From Hemiscyllium ocellatum (taxonomy: Eukaryota): 64,000 bases of DNA. Below, one piece after another: positions 48,258 to 59,280 of this stretch (the stretch's first letter is position 1; each line of letters starts with the position of its first letter). Below the pieces are notes generated by a model. It did no database searches and had not been told where the DNA came from. It worked only from the letters and a program-made list of their open reading frames with translations. Position numbers and translations under genes: made by a program. Location: NCBI RefSeq assembly GCF_020745735.1, contig NC_083409.1, positions 13,329,259 through 13,393,258 on the forward strand. Reading direction: 5' to 3'.

Positions 48258-51200
48258 AGGAGGCTGGAAAAACACAGCAAGTCAGGCAGCATCAGGCGGT
48301 GAAGAAGCTGATGTTTCAGGTGGAACCCTTCTTCAGGAATGGGAGTGGGTGTAGGGAGAGCTGCAGATAAAGAGGTGGCGGGGGACAGGATGATGAAGTG
48401 GGGATAGGTGATGACAGGTGGAGGGTATGACCTGGTTGGTCAGTGGGAGGAATGAATCTGGTAGGTGTAAGGGAGTAGTGGCGGGGAGGGAGAGGTGCTG
48501 GGAAGGGGGTCAGGGGATGGGAAGGGAGGTTATTTGAAATTGGAGAACTCAGTGTTGAGTCATCTGGGCTGTATGCTGCCAGAAGGAAGATGAGATGTTG
48601 TTGCTCCAATATGTGGTTTGGTTCATTGTGGCAATGGAGGACGCCAATGATGGTCATGTCCAAAATGGAGTGGGAAGGGGAATTAAAATGGGTGCTGACT
48701 GGTAGGACTGCTCGGCCCCTGCGGGTCTGCCTGAGATGTTCAGTGAAATGTTCCTCAGTTTACGTTTGCTCTTCCCGATGTAGAGAAGACCACATGGGGA
48801 ACACCTGATGCAGTAAACTAGGTTGGAGGTGAAGCAGGTGAACCTCTGTCTCACCTGGAAGGACTGTTTGGGGCCCTGGATGGAGGTGTGGGATTGGTGT
48901 ACCAGCAGGTTTTGCATGTTTTCAGGTTGCAGGAGAAGGTACCAAGAGGTTCAGGATGGTTGCAGTGTTAGTGGCACAGATCAAGAATTATCGAAGGGAA
49001 TGGTCCTTGTGGAAGGCAGCCAGGGGTGGGGAGAGGAAGATGTATTTGGTGGTGTTGTCTAGTTAGAGTTGATGGAAGTGTTTAAGAATGATGCGTTGGA
49101 TTCAGAGATTGGTGGGGTGATAGGTGACGACAATAGGGACTCTCCCTTTATTGTATTTAGAGGGGGGTGGGTTTAGAGCAGTGGAACAGGAAATAGATGT
49201 GGTGCAGTGGATGGCAGAAGGAGGAAAAGCACATTGTCCGTAACAGTTGGACATCTGTGATCAGTGGAATGTCTCCTCATCCGAGCTGATGGGGTGGAGG
49301 CAGAGGAATTGGAAGAATGAGATGGAGTTCTTACAGGATACTGGGTGGAAGGAGGTGTAGTCCAGTTAGTTATGGGAATATGTGGGTTTGTCGTAAATGT
49401 CTGTCTGTAGATTATCACCAGAATTGGAAATGGAGAGGTCAAAAAAGGGGAGGGAGCTGTCCGAGATGGACCAAGGGAATTTGAGGACGGGATGGAAGTT
49501 GTGGGCAAAGCCGATGAACTGCTCCAGTTCAGCCTGGGTGAAGGTCACTGCACTGATGCAGTCATTGATGTAATGTCAGAAGAGTTTGGGCACAGTGCCT
49601 GTGTAGATACTGGAGAGGGACTATACAACATAGACGATACAGAAGCAAGCGTAGCTGGGTTCCATCTAGGTGCCCATGGCCAACCCCTGGATTAAGAGGA
49701 AATGGGAGGAGTTAAAGTAAATGTTGTTGAGGGTGAGGACTAGTTCAGCAAGGCGGAGGAGGGTATTGGTGGAGGGGGAATGGATGGGTCTGTTGCAGAG
49801 GAAAAGGTGGAGGGTCTGGAGGCCATCCTTATCGGGTATGGATATATATAAGTTCTGCACATCCATAGTGGAGATAAAGCGCTCAGGGCTGGGGATCTGG
49901 ACATTACTGAAGAGATGGAGGGTGTGGTTGGTGTAGCGGATGTAGATGGGAAGTGCCTGAATCAAGGAGGAGAGTTGAGGTAGGATGAGAGGAGTTTGGT
50001 GGAGCAGGAGCATGCTGAGACAATGGGTCACCCGGGATAGTTGGACTTGTGGATCTTGAGGAGCAGATAGAACTGGGCATTGTGGGGCTGGGGGTATATG
50101 AGTTTGGAGGCAATGGAGGGGAGGTCACTGGAGGCAATGAGGGCACTGATAGTGCATGTGATTTTGACCTGATGGGTCACCGTGGGGTCATGGGCAAGGG
50201 GGCAGTAGGGCATGGTGTCGGAGAATTGGCGTTCGGCCTATGTGACTGACATCATTAGATTAGATTACTTACAGTGTGGAAACAGGCCCTTCGGCCCAAC
50301 AAGTCCACACCGACCCGCCGAAGCGCCGCCCACCCATACCCCTACATTTACCCCTTACTTAACACTACGGACAATTTAGCATGGCCAATTCACCTGACCC
50401 ACACATCTTTGTGACTGCGGGAGGAAACCGGAGCACCCGGAGGAAACCCACGCAGACACGGGGAGAACGTGCAAACTCCACACAGTCACTCGCCTGAGGC
50501 AGGAATTGAACCCAGGTCCCTGGCGCTGTGAGGCAGCAGCGCTAACCACTGTGCCACCGTGACATTTAGGTCTGTTCTCCAGATTACCACCACCCCACCT
50601 TTGTCAGTGTGTTTGATAGTGAACCAGGTGTTGGCGCGGAGAGAATGGAGTCCTCAATCAGAGGGGGGGGTTGGAGAGAGTGACGGAGGTGGGGGGGATG
50701 TGGAGAAATTGAGGCGGCTGATATCACGTCAGTGGTCAGCACTGAAGAGGTCTAGGATGTGTACACAGTTGGTGGTGGGGGATGGGGGTGGTGACCAAGT
50801 GGAGCAGGAAGGTTGGAGGTGGGAGGAGGGGTCCTCACAGGGAGTTTGGGAGTTTTTGTTAAAGAAGAAGACACGGAGGTAGAGGTGGCGGAAGAAGAGC
50901 TCCGCGTTGTGGCGGGTGCAGGTTTCGTTGAGGTGGGGTCAAGCAGGAATGACCGTGAGCCCTTTTCAGAGGATAGACCTTTGTTGCCTCAGAGAGTTCG
51001 AGGTCGGGGAGGGGGGAATAGTAAATATGGGGCAAGGCTCGGGAGTGAGGTTTTCGGGGGGCCCAAGTTGGCTGAAGGAGGGGAGGGGGAAGGGTAATGG
51101 TGTGGTGGGTGAGGGTTGGTTGTGATGTAGCACGGGGAAATGGGTGTGGGAGAGAAAGGTGATTGTGGTGGAGGTGGGTTGTGGAGTGAGGTGGGGGAGT

Positions 51201-51400
51201 GGGAAGGTGGGGATGAGGTGAAGAGGGAGAAGTGGAGGGATAGGGTGCACTGTGGGGGTGTATGGATGAGGAGGGGGAGAGCGAGTGTGCTGGCTGGCTG
51301 CAGGTAGGCAGCTGGACTCAGGGTGACTCTGGTAAATGTAGTCAGAGTCTTGGTTGCAGAGTGGGAAGGGCCAGAGGTGGATGCAAAAGCTGGAGCAAAG
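48258..51400 (-). mobile_element. Degraded Penelope-like element (RT + GIY-YIG), interrupted by a SINE
   Basis: Minus-strand fragments: ISTMDVQNLYISIP...RLAELVLTLNN...QGLAMGT (RT); QFIGFAHNFHP.LKF.W...LPFFDL; NLVYCIRCSPCGLLYIG (GIY-YIG). Tail has a hammerhead-like CTGAAGA...GAAAC at 48310-48336. The 5' limit is uncertain. Confidence 0.85.
50254..50561 (-). mobile_element. HE1-type SINE inserted in the Penelope element
   Basis: Near-identical reverse complement of 17045-17363. Confidence 0.92.
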
Positions 51401-51419
51401 CCAAGGCCGGTCCGAATGT

Positions 51420-51723
51420 TTTGACCCGGGTTCAATTCCAGCCGCAGGCAACTGTCTGTGTGGAGTTTGCACATTCTCCCCATGTCTGCGTAGGTTTCCT
51501 CTGGGTGCTCTGGTTTCCTCCCACAATCTAAAGACGTGCAGGTTAGGTGAATTGGCTGTGCTAAATTGCCCATAGTGGGCAGGGATGGGTAGGTTAGGTT
51601 CATTAGTCAGGGGAAAAGTAGAGTAATGGGATGGGGATTGGGTCTTGGGTGGGTTACTCTTCCAAGGGTCAGTGTGGACTCGTTGGGCCAAATAACCTGT
51701 TTCCTCACAGTAGGGATTCTATG
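51420..51723 (+). mobile_element. 5'-truncated HE1-type SINE
   Basis: Begins at the B box gacccgggttcaattcc; core and tail present. Confidence 0.85.
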
Positions 51724-51905
51724 ACAGGCCATTCCAGATTCCCACCACCCACTGAGTGAAAACGTTCTTCACCAAATCTCATTTGCGGTGTTCATAATGA
51801 AACCTTTCAAACCATTCATTTTGTCTAGTGCCATTTAGCTCTTGAGCTCCTTGTTCAATAAATGTTTTATTCTTTTATATATAATATGAGTTCCCTGACA
51901 GGGAC

Positions 51906-52905
51906 AGTTAACCTTGTCCAATCAGGGAGTCCTGGCTGACAGATGAAAAGGGGACTGTCAAACGGCGGTGCTCGGACCCGACGTAGTGCACCAGTTGGAT
52001 GATGCTCAGGTGTGCGGTGGGATCCCGTCCACGATCACCCCAGCCCAGACAGAATTTCACATTGGCCCCAAGGTCCCATACTTCCCGCGGGAGCCTGTGC
52101 CCCACAACCTGAGCCACCTCCTGAATTTTAATTTAGTCCCTTTTAAGGATGTAAAAAGGCGGGCCCTGTATCGACTGCTGCTGCACATCGTCCACCTCTT
52201 CTCCCTCATCCACCGTCCGGACACATCCATTTGCCACCGGGTGGTGGGGATCCCCAGTGGAGGGCTCTCTACGTGGGTGTCCTCCTCCCTTCTCTCGGGG
52301 ATCTGGGGTGGAGGGTGCTGCATGCAGCGGTCCCCTGCAACCGCAGATTGGGGTGATTCACGGACTCCGAGCACAACTGCTTGTTCTGTGGAGCTGTGGA
52401 GTCCGTGGACCATGTATATATTGGGTGTGGGCATTTGCACTCCCCTTTTGATTTTCTTAAAAACCTCCTCCTCTACTTTTGGTTGCATTTCAGTCCCACG
52501 CTCCTGATCTTCGGGTACGGAGGAGGTAGGGCAGGTCTGAAGACCTCCTTGTGGGTCTGCTCCTGGGCCTGGCCAAACTGGCCATAAACAGGTCCAGGCA
52601 GCGGGCTGTGGAGGTGGTCGTTTGTGCCGACTGCCTGCCCCTCTTCCGTAGTTATGTTAGAGCCCGGATTTCCTTGGAGAAGGAGCACGCGGTCTCCACC
52701 AACACCCTGGAGTTGTTCAGGGAGAGAGGGGCACCGCAGGGAGTGGAGTGCATTATCTCCCCCTCCAACTCTATTTTGATTTAATCCCTGCCCTCCGCTG
52801 CACTATTTGATCACACAGCATTGCCCTTTGATGTGAAGGGCACTGCTTGTCACAGGCCACCCAGGTGTTTTCTTTCTTCCTGGTGGTGGAAACTGAATAA
52901 AGATT
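51906..52905 (+). mobile_element. L1/Tx1-clade LINE, ORF2 C-terminus with CCHC-like zinc finger and 3' UTR
   Basis: CLFCGAVESVDHVYIGC...LLLYFWLHFSPTLLIF; aataaa near 52896. Confidence 0.8.
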
Positions 52906-53862
52906 CGTACATTTTGGTGTGTCTCACTGTGTCTCACACCTGCACATACACAACATGGGTGCTGGGGAAAAAAATAAGCACTACCGCAGTTAGGCAGTAG
53001 TGTGAGGGTAATAGAAAAAAAATAAACAGGAGTGTCAGAGGTTCTAAAAAACAATAAAAGGGGACTGTCAGAAGTACTGATACTCTGGGACCTGACTCTG
53101 AATAACAACCTGCGAACCAGCCCCCTCCTTCTGTCACCCTCAATCTCCCCATGCTTACTCTTGATGTCCCTTCGATCCAGCTTGTGCTGCCTTTGGGAGA
53201 GGCTGACCTTCCCTCCCAACCTCACCCAGGAACATGGTCATCATCCTAAAGGAGCACAGTCACGTTTTTAACATGAGGGGCATCACAGCTGGGACAGGAG
53301 GAGAGAACTTGACACCTTCATGGTGGTCATACCTGTCAGTAATCCACTGCAACCTCTCTTGGGGCTGTAAGAATTCAACCTCCCTCCCTCAGACAGCTCC
53401 CCTCCCTGGGAGGTAATATTGCTGCTCCTAATTTCGGGCTAATTGACAGCTGAAATACAACTATGGTGAGCCAGCATTGGCTGGGCAGGCAGCCACTACT
53501 GCTCTGAACCTGTATCCAGAAAATCCCCTTGTAATTGGGCAACACATTAGGGAGCACAGTGCCCACTGCCTCTGAAATCCCTCCCTTACCGAGAATACAC
53601 TCTCAGCTGCCATATGAAACACTATAAACTCTGTGTCCTGTGATCCTGCCCCTCCAGCTACCTGATGAAGGAACAGCGCACCGAGCACTTCTACTTCCAC
53701 CTGGTATTGTGTGATTTTTAACTTTGGCCATCTGAATGAACTGCTATCTCAGACTGAATCAGCTGAGCTGTTTTTCATTCATGATTTGAGAAGATTAAAG
53801 CCTGATCTTCAATCCCCAGCACAAAGCCCATTCTCAATCCATCGCTCGGAGACACAGACCTC

Positions 53863-54318
53863 AGAGAGACACCTACAGGCAGCACAGAGTAACACACTCA
53901 CACTGAGAGAGACACCTACAGGCAGCACAGAGTAACACACTCACACTGAGAGAGACACCTACAGGCAGCACAGAGTAACACACTCGCACTGAGAGAGACA
54001 CCTACAGGCAGCACAGAGTAACACACTCACACTGAGAGAGACACCTACAGGCAGCACAGAGTAACACACTCGCACTGAGAGAGACACCTACAGGCAGCAC
54101 AGAGTAACACACTCGCACTGAGAAAGACACCTACAGGCAGCACAGAGTAACACACTCACACTGAGAGAGACACCTACAGGCAGCACAGAGTAACACACTC
54201 GCACTGAGAAAGACACCTACAGGCAGCACAGAGTAACACACTCGCACTGAGAGAGACACCTACAGGCAGCACAGAGTAACACACTCACACCGAGAGAGAG
54301 ACACCGACAGGCAGCATA
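53863..54318 (+). repeat. 43-bp minisatellite, about 10.5 copies
   Basis: Unit gagagacacctacaggcagcacagagtaacacactc(a/g)cactga; period 43 (acct at 53871 and 53914). Confidence 0.97.
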
Positions 54319-54329
54319 AATTAAACATG

Positions 54330-54722
54330 TCTTTATTTCAAAAATCTACTTTATTCATAAAATAATTTGATGATCTGTACCATTGGTTATGCCATACATA
54401 TGTAAATATTTGCATACGGAGATCGGAATTTATCATTGTTATATACAGGTCGGTACATTTTTCAATCATATGCCCATATATTGAGCTGAGGCGTCAGCAG
54501 AGCCCAAATGACTGCATGGGCTCCCTGATCTTCTTTAGGCAGGCAGATGTTACACGGTGGTCTTTCCCCACCCGCGCCTTGGCGGCAGCTGCCCCTAGCT
54601 TCAGCGCGTCCCTCAACATGTAGTCCTGGACCTTGGAATGTGCCAGTCTGCAACACTCAGTCAGGGGCAACTCCTTCAGCTGGAAGATCAACAGGTTTCA
54701 GACCGCCCAGAGAGCATCCTTT
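54330..54722 (-). mobile_element. L1/Tx1-clade LINE 3' end fragment (different family)
   Basis: DALWAV*NLLIFQLKELPLTECCRLAHSKVQDYMLRDAL; two aataaa signals on the minus strand at the end. Confidence 0.7.
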
Positions 54723-55610
54723 CACACTGAGAGAGACACAGCCGACAAAGTCTGTGAATGGCTGAAGATTGTTTCAGGGGCTCCCCAACATGCCGCAGAG
54801 ATTGCACAGTGCAATCCCATCAGCTGGGCCTGGAGGGAATGTGTCAGATTGTACTTACTGAGTCCTGACAACTTTCAGTTTCTGTTCTTTTTGGAATCTT
54901 GTAAGCTGCATAAATTCCTGACCAAAGGGATCATTTGAAAATGATTAATGACTGATGATTGTAATTGATTGACAGGCTAAGCAACCAATTGTGACAATGA
55001 CCTGCTAAATGCAGCCAATCAACTGGGGGGGCAGGGAAGGTCATCTATTTCCAAAACACACAGAGACAGAGACTGAATCTTCATCTTTATTCCCTTTTTC
55101 AGATTCACATTGACAGAAAAAAACTGCAGCTTACAGCCCAGACAGAGGAGGCTGCTCAAATTCACAGCCACAATGGAGTTTGAGGAAAACACTTGTGGAG
55201 ATTTTCTCAATAACATGAGAATCCTGTCCCTTTAAACAGTGACAGAACCTTAAATTAGAACTGACAGCTAAGCAGAAAGGAGATCTGGTTTACTGAAGCA
55301 GAGACTTCTGAGGTTCACATTGTTTTGTACAGCTGACAGTCGTCAGCAACTTCAAGAGATTTTACTTAGCATACAGTCAACACTTCCCCATCAAACACTC
55401 CCTGGACAACGACAGCATGAGCTTTGACATAGTGTAAAGTCTCTCGACACTGTCGCAGTGACCGACTTCAACATCCAAACCTCAGACGTATCTCTGAGCA
55501 ATCCCGAGAAGGAAGAGAGGTGAAATTCAGTGCTAACGATGACCTTTGTCCTGTCAGTTCAGCCCTGTTCTATTTAAAGTTGTGTCTCCTCCATGGATGT
55601 CTACAACACT

Positions 55611-55938
55611 CTACACACATTATGATCTCCTGATGCTCTTGCTAAGGGGAGAGGGGAGAGTCACATGGGTGAGGGCACAGGAGAAGTGAACGTTGGACTT
55701 CCAGTCAGACCCAGAGAGGGTCAGCAGGCTGCTGTCACTGTAGGTGCTGTCCGAAGCTCGCAGGTAGTTGCAGGTCTGAATCCCATCCAAAATGACTGCA
55801 CCGTCCTTCTTCCACGGCACCTCCAGCCCATTGGGATAGAAGTGATTGGCAAGGCACACCAGGGTGGCAGTGCCCTTGGCATTGACCTGCTCCGGGAAGG
55901 GGGCAGCAGGGTCAGCTTGGGCTGAGAGTTGTCATGGC
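55611..55938 (-). pseudogene. IGKC: Ig light-chain constant exon, kappa-type (shark type III / NS4-like), inactivated
   Basis: Acceptor cttgtctttcag|. Reconstructed HDNSQPKLTLLPPS(P)EQVNAKGTATLVCLANHFYP...W KK...YS.SSLLTL...FSCALTH..L.SPLSKSIRRS*CV, with both C1-set cysteines and the tryptophan present. 1-nt deletion at about 55894-55896; TAA at 55620-55622 in place of Glu before the terminal CV-stop. Isotype call is from the recalled nurse shark NS4 sequence. Confidence 0.9.
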
Positions 55939-56169
55939 CTGAAAGACAAGAGAAACAATTTTAATCCCTGCCTTTTGAAGGGAATTCAACCCTCACAATA
56001 TTCACTGACAATACAATCTCATTGAATATTTGCCGTCAACACAGAATAAACCCGACAAAAGAACAGGTATTGTTCAAATTGCTTCTTGGGATATGAGAGT
56101 CACTGCCAGGACCAGCATTTATTGCCCATCCCTAATTGCCCCTGAGAGGGTGATGGTGAAAGAGAAGGG

Positions 56170-57400
56170 ACAGTTTTAGACCATTGTTTCGGGAATGAAT
56201 ATGGGCAACTGGAAGGGCTATCAATGTGGGAGCATTTCAGTGACAGTGATCAGAACTCAGTGAGATTGAGAGTACGGATAGATATGGAGAACCATGGAGC
56301 AAGTGTAAAAGTTTTCATTTGGGAATGAACTATTTTACTAAACTGTGCAGTGATTTAGCAAAAGTGGACTGAAACTGTGGATGGAATATCAGTGTCAGGG
56401 CAGTGGGAGGCCTCGAAGGATGAGACAGAGATTGTTCAGAATCTGTTCCCACAATGAGTAAGGGTGGGACTCCCAAATATAGACTCTCAGCCTGGGATGT
56501 CAAAAGGCAGCAGAGTAGGGAAGACCAAACAGTGATGGTGATGTTGGTTATCTGGAGATCAAACCTGCAGAAAGCTGAGAGGAGGATAGAAAATGCAGGG
56601 GTGACATTGAACAGGACCTGAGGAAAGCAAAGAGCTGACAGGATGAAATATGTCCAATGGAATCAGGGAAATCCCAATGAACAAGAGGATTGGGGGTCAT
56701 GTACTGACATGGATTGGGAACTGGTTGGCAGACAGGACAGAAACAACAAGTCTTTTTCTGAATGGCAGGTAGTTACCAAGTGTCATACTACAGGGGTCAG
56801 TCCTTGGTAACCCAGTTATTCATAATATACAATCATAGAATCATAGAGACCCAAAAGGCCCATCAGCCCATTGTGTCCATACTGGTCAAAAAATAACAAC
56901 CCAATAATTCTCATCCATTCTTCCTGCATGAGGGAATTAGATGTGGTATATGTGTTCAAGAAGGAATTAGATATTGTTCTTAGGATTAAAGGGATCAAAG
57001 AATGTGGGGAGAAAGCAGGAACAGGGGATTGTGTTGGATGATCAGCCATGATCATATTGAATGGTGGAGCATTCGAGGTGTGTAAAATGATGTGGGCCCT
57101 GGACAGAGTGGGTAGGAAGGACTGATTTCCATCGGCAGAGAAGCAATAGCCATGGGGAGAGACTGAAATGAATTGGGGCAGGGTTTGAGGGGAGTTGAGG
57201 AGTAACTGTTTCCACCCAGAGGCTGGTGAGATCTGGGACTCACTGACTGAAAGGGTGGGAGAGGCCAAAACCATCATCACATTGAAAAAACACTTGGATA
57301 TTCACTTGAAAAAGCGAAGCCTCCAGAGCTATGGAGCAAAAGCTGGAAAGTGGGATGGAGCTCAATACATCTTTAACAAACCTGCTATCATCCACAGATC
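56170..57400 (+). mobile_element. Degraded CR1-type LINE fragments
   Basis: Endonuclease/RT-linker remnants, cagggatcagt-like QGSVLG segment near 56790, and CR1 tails. Confidence 0.6.
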
Positions 57401-57899
57401 AGGAGAACTTTATCCGAGAACATTGGAGCAGACTTGGATCCACACACTTCATTGGGTGTCCATGTGGAAGGTTCCAGATTACATTTCAAACCTTGCTGCA
57501 CACCAATGGGCTGAGGTCAGGGGTGAGGCTACAAAGAGCCTCACTGCCCCAGGGTCAGCCAAGGTCACTTCTCCTAATGACTCAATGACCCCTGGAAGGT
57601 GAGAGTGCACGGACAATGGGTGAGGGTCAGGATCAGGAAGCTCCAACCTTAAAGAAAGACTTGAATTTGTGTAGCACCTGTTCCCAACTCAGGATGCCCC
57701 AATGGCTCTTTCCAGCAGAGTGTGCACAGTAAGATCCCAAACACATTATGATAATTAGCAAGGAAATAGATTTTTATTGATTTTGATTGGGGTATAAGTA
57801 TTGACCAGGGCACTGGGGGAACTGCCTGCTCTTCCTCCAATGGTGACATGGAATGGCATCTTTCACAACTGAAGGATTCCCAGTTCATCCAAAAAAAAA

Positions 57900-58283
57900 G
57901 TATAGTTCCTTCAAAGTGGAGTTGCAGGTCGATAGTGTGGTGAAGATGTTGTTCGGTTTGCTTTCCTTTATTGGTCAGTGCATTGAGTATTGGAGTTGGG
58001 AGCTGTTGCGGTTGTACAGGACATTGGTTAGGGCACTTTTGGAATACTGTGTGCAATTCTGGTCTCCCTGCTACAGGAATTATGTTGTGAATCTTAAAAT
58101 GCTTCAGAAAAGATTTACAATGATGTTGCCAGGTTCGGAGGGTTTGAGCTATCTGGAGAGGCTGAATAGGCTGAGGCTATTTTCCATGCAACTTTGGAGG
58201 CTGAGGGGTGACAATATAATGGTTCATAAAATCATGAGGGGCATAGATAGGGTGAATAGCGAAGATCTTTTCTCCAGAGTGGG
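57900..58283 (+). mobile_element. CR1-clade LINE 3' ORF2 fragment
   Basis: LYRTLVRALLEYCVQFWSP...LQKRFTMMLPG...LWRLRGD. Confidence 0.88.
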
Positions 58284-58723
58284 GCAGTTGTTTCCTCCAC
58301 GACGGTTGGAGGAAGAGCGCCTCATCTTCCGCCTGGCAACCCTCCAACCACAAGGGATGAACTCAGATTTCTCCAGTTTCCTCATTTCCCCTCCCCCCAC
58401 CTTGTCTCAGTTGATTCCCTCGAACTCAGCACCGCCCTCCTAACCTGCAATCTTCTTCCTGAACTCTCCACCCCCACCCCACTCCGACCTATCACCCTCA
58501 CCTTGACCTCCTTCCACCTATCACATCTCCATCGCCCCTCCCCCAAGTCCCTCCTCCCTACCTTTTATCTTAGCCTGCTGGACACACTTTCCTCATTCCT
58601 GATGAAGGGCTTATGCCCAAACGTCGAATTTCCTATTCCTTGGATGCTGCCTGACCTGCTGCGCTTTTCCAGCAACACATTTTCAGCTCTGATCTCCAGC
58701 ATCTGCAGACCTCACTTTCTCCC
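58284..58723 (+). mobile_element. Penelope-like 3' tail
   Basis: LEEERLIFRLATLQPQGMNSDFSSF followed by the same tail as 36547-36900; hammerhead core with GAAA mutated (58599-58625). Confidence 0.85.
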
Positions 58724-59280
58724 CGAGGCAGGAGCCCAAGCTTCAACACACTGGCCTCACTTCACACCAACCTTCACACAGTGCGCGGTCATGAACTCCG
58801 CCATCAATTCCTCTGGGACTGGGACGGAGTGAGGGAACAGGGACAATTGTAGAAGAGGCAATGAGGAGTAAAGCAGAATGGACAGGGTGTGTTGGAAAGT
58901 GTTTACTGGAGGAAACATACTTTGTGATACTGAATATTGACATAGTCTACATGTAAGAGGAGAAAGTGAGGACTGCAGATGCTGGAGATCAGAGCTGAAA
59001 ATGTGTTGCTGGAAAAGCGCAGCAGGTCAGGCAGCATCCAAGGAGCAGGAGAATCGATGTTTCGGGCATGAGTCCTTCTTCAGGAATCTACATGTATCAC
59101 AGAATAAAAAAAAACACAATCTGAAGACAATCTAAAGTCACATCAATGTATTTCTTTTTGATATATCATAGCATGCAGCGCATTTTCATTATGGTATCCT
59201 GATTCGAGAGCTGTACTCTCTCAGATTGAGCCGGTTGGATCCTCGCAGAGCCCCAGTTATTTGTACTGTTCAGTAATGTG
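58724..59280 (+). repeat. Copy C (partial) of the same unit
   Basis: gaggcaggagcccaagcttcaacacactggcc...gagggaacagggacaattgtagaag matches the reverse complement of 45345-45755. Confidence 0.85.
58956..59087 (-). mobile_element. Short Penelope tail insertion with 9-bp TSD
   Basis: ctacatgta at 58947-58955 and 59088-59096. Confidence 0.8.

Noticed and set aside
50966-51691. Longest ORFs in the track (241 and 204 aa)
   Set aside because: Antisense SINE plus pyrimidine-rich low-complexity Penelope sequence; no independent coding signal.
53863-54318. CRISPR array or Ig switch region
   Set aside because: Contiguous identical units with no unique spacers in a eukaryotic context; not G-cluster or AGCT rich; light-chain loci do not switch.
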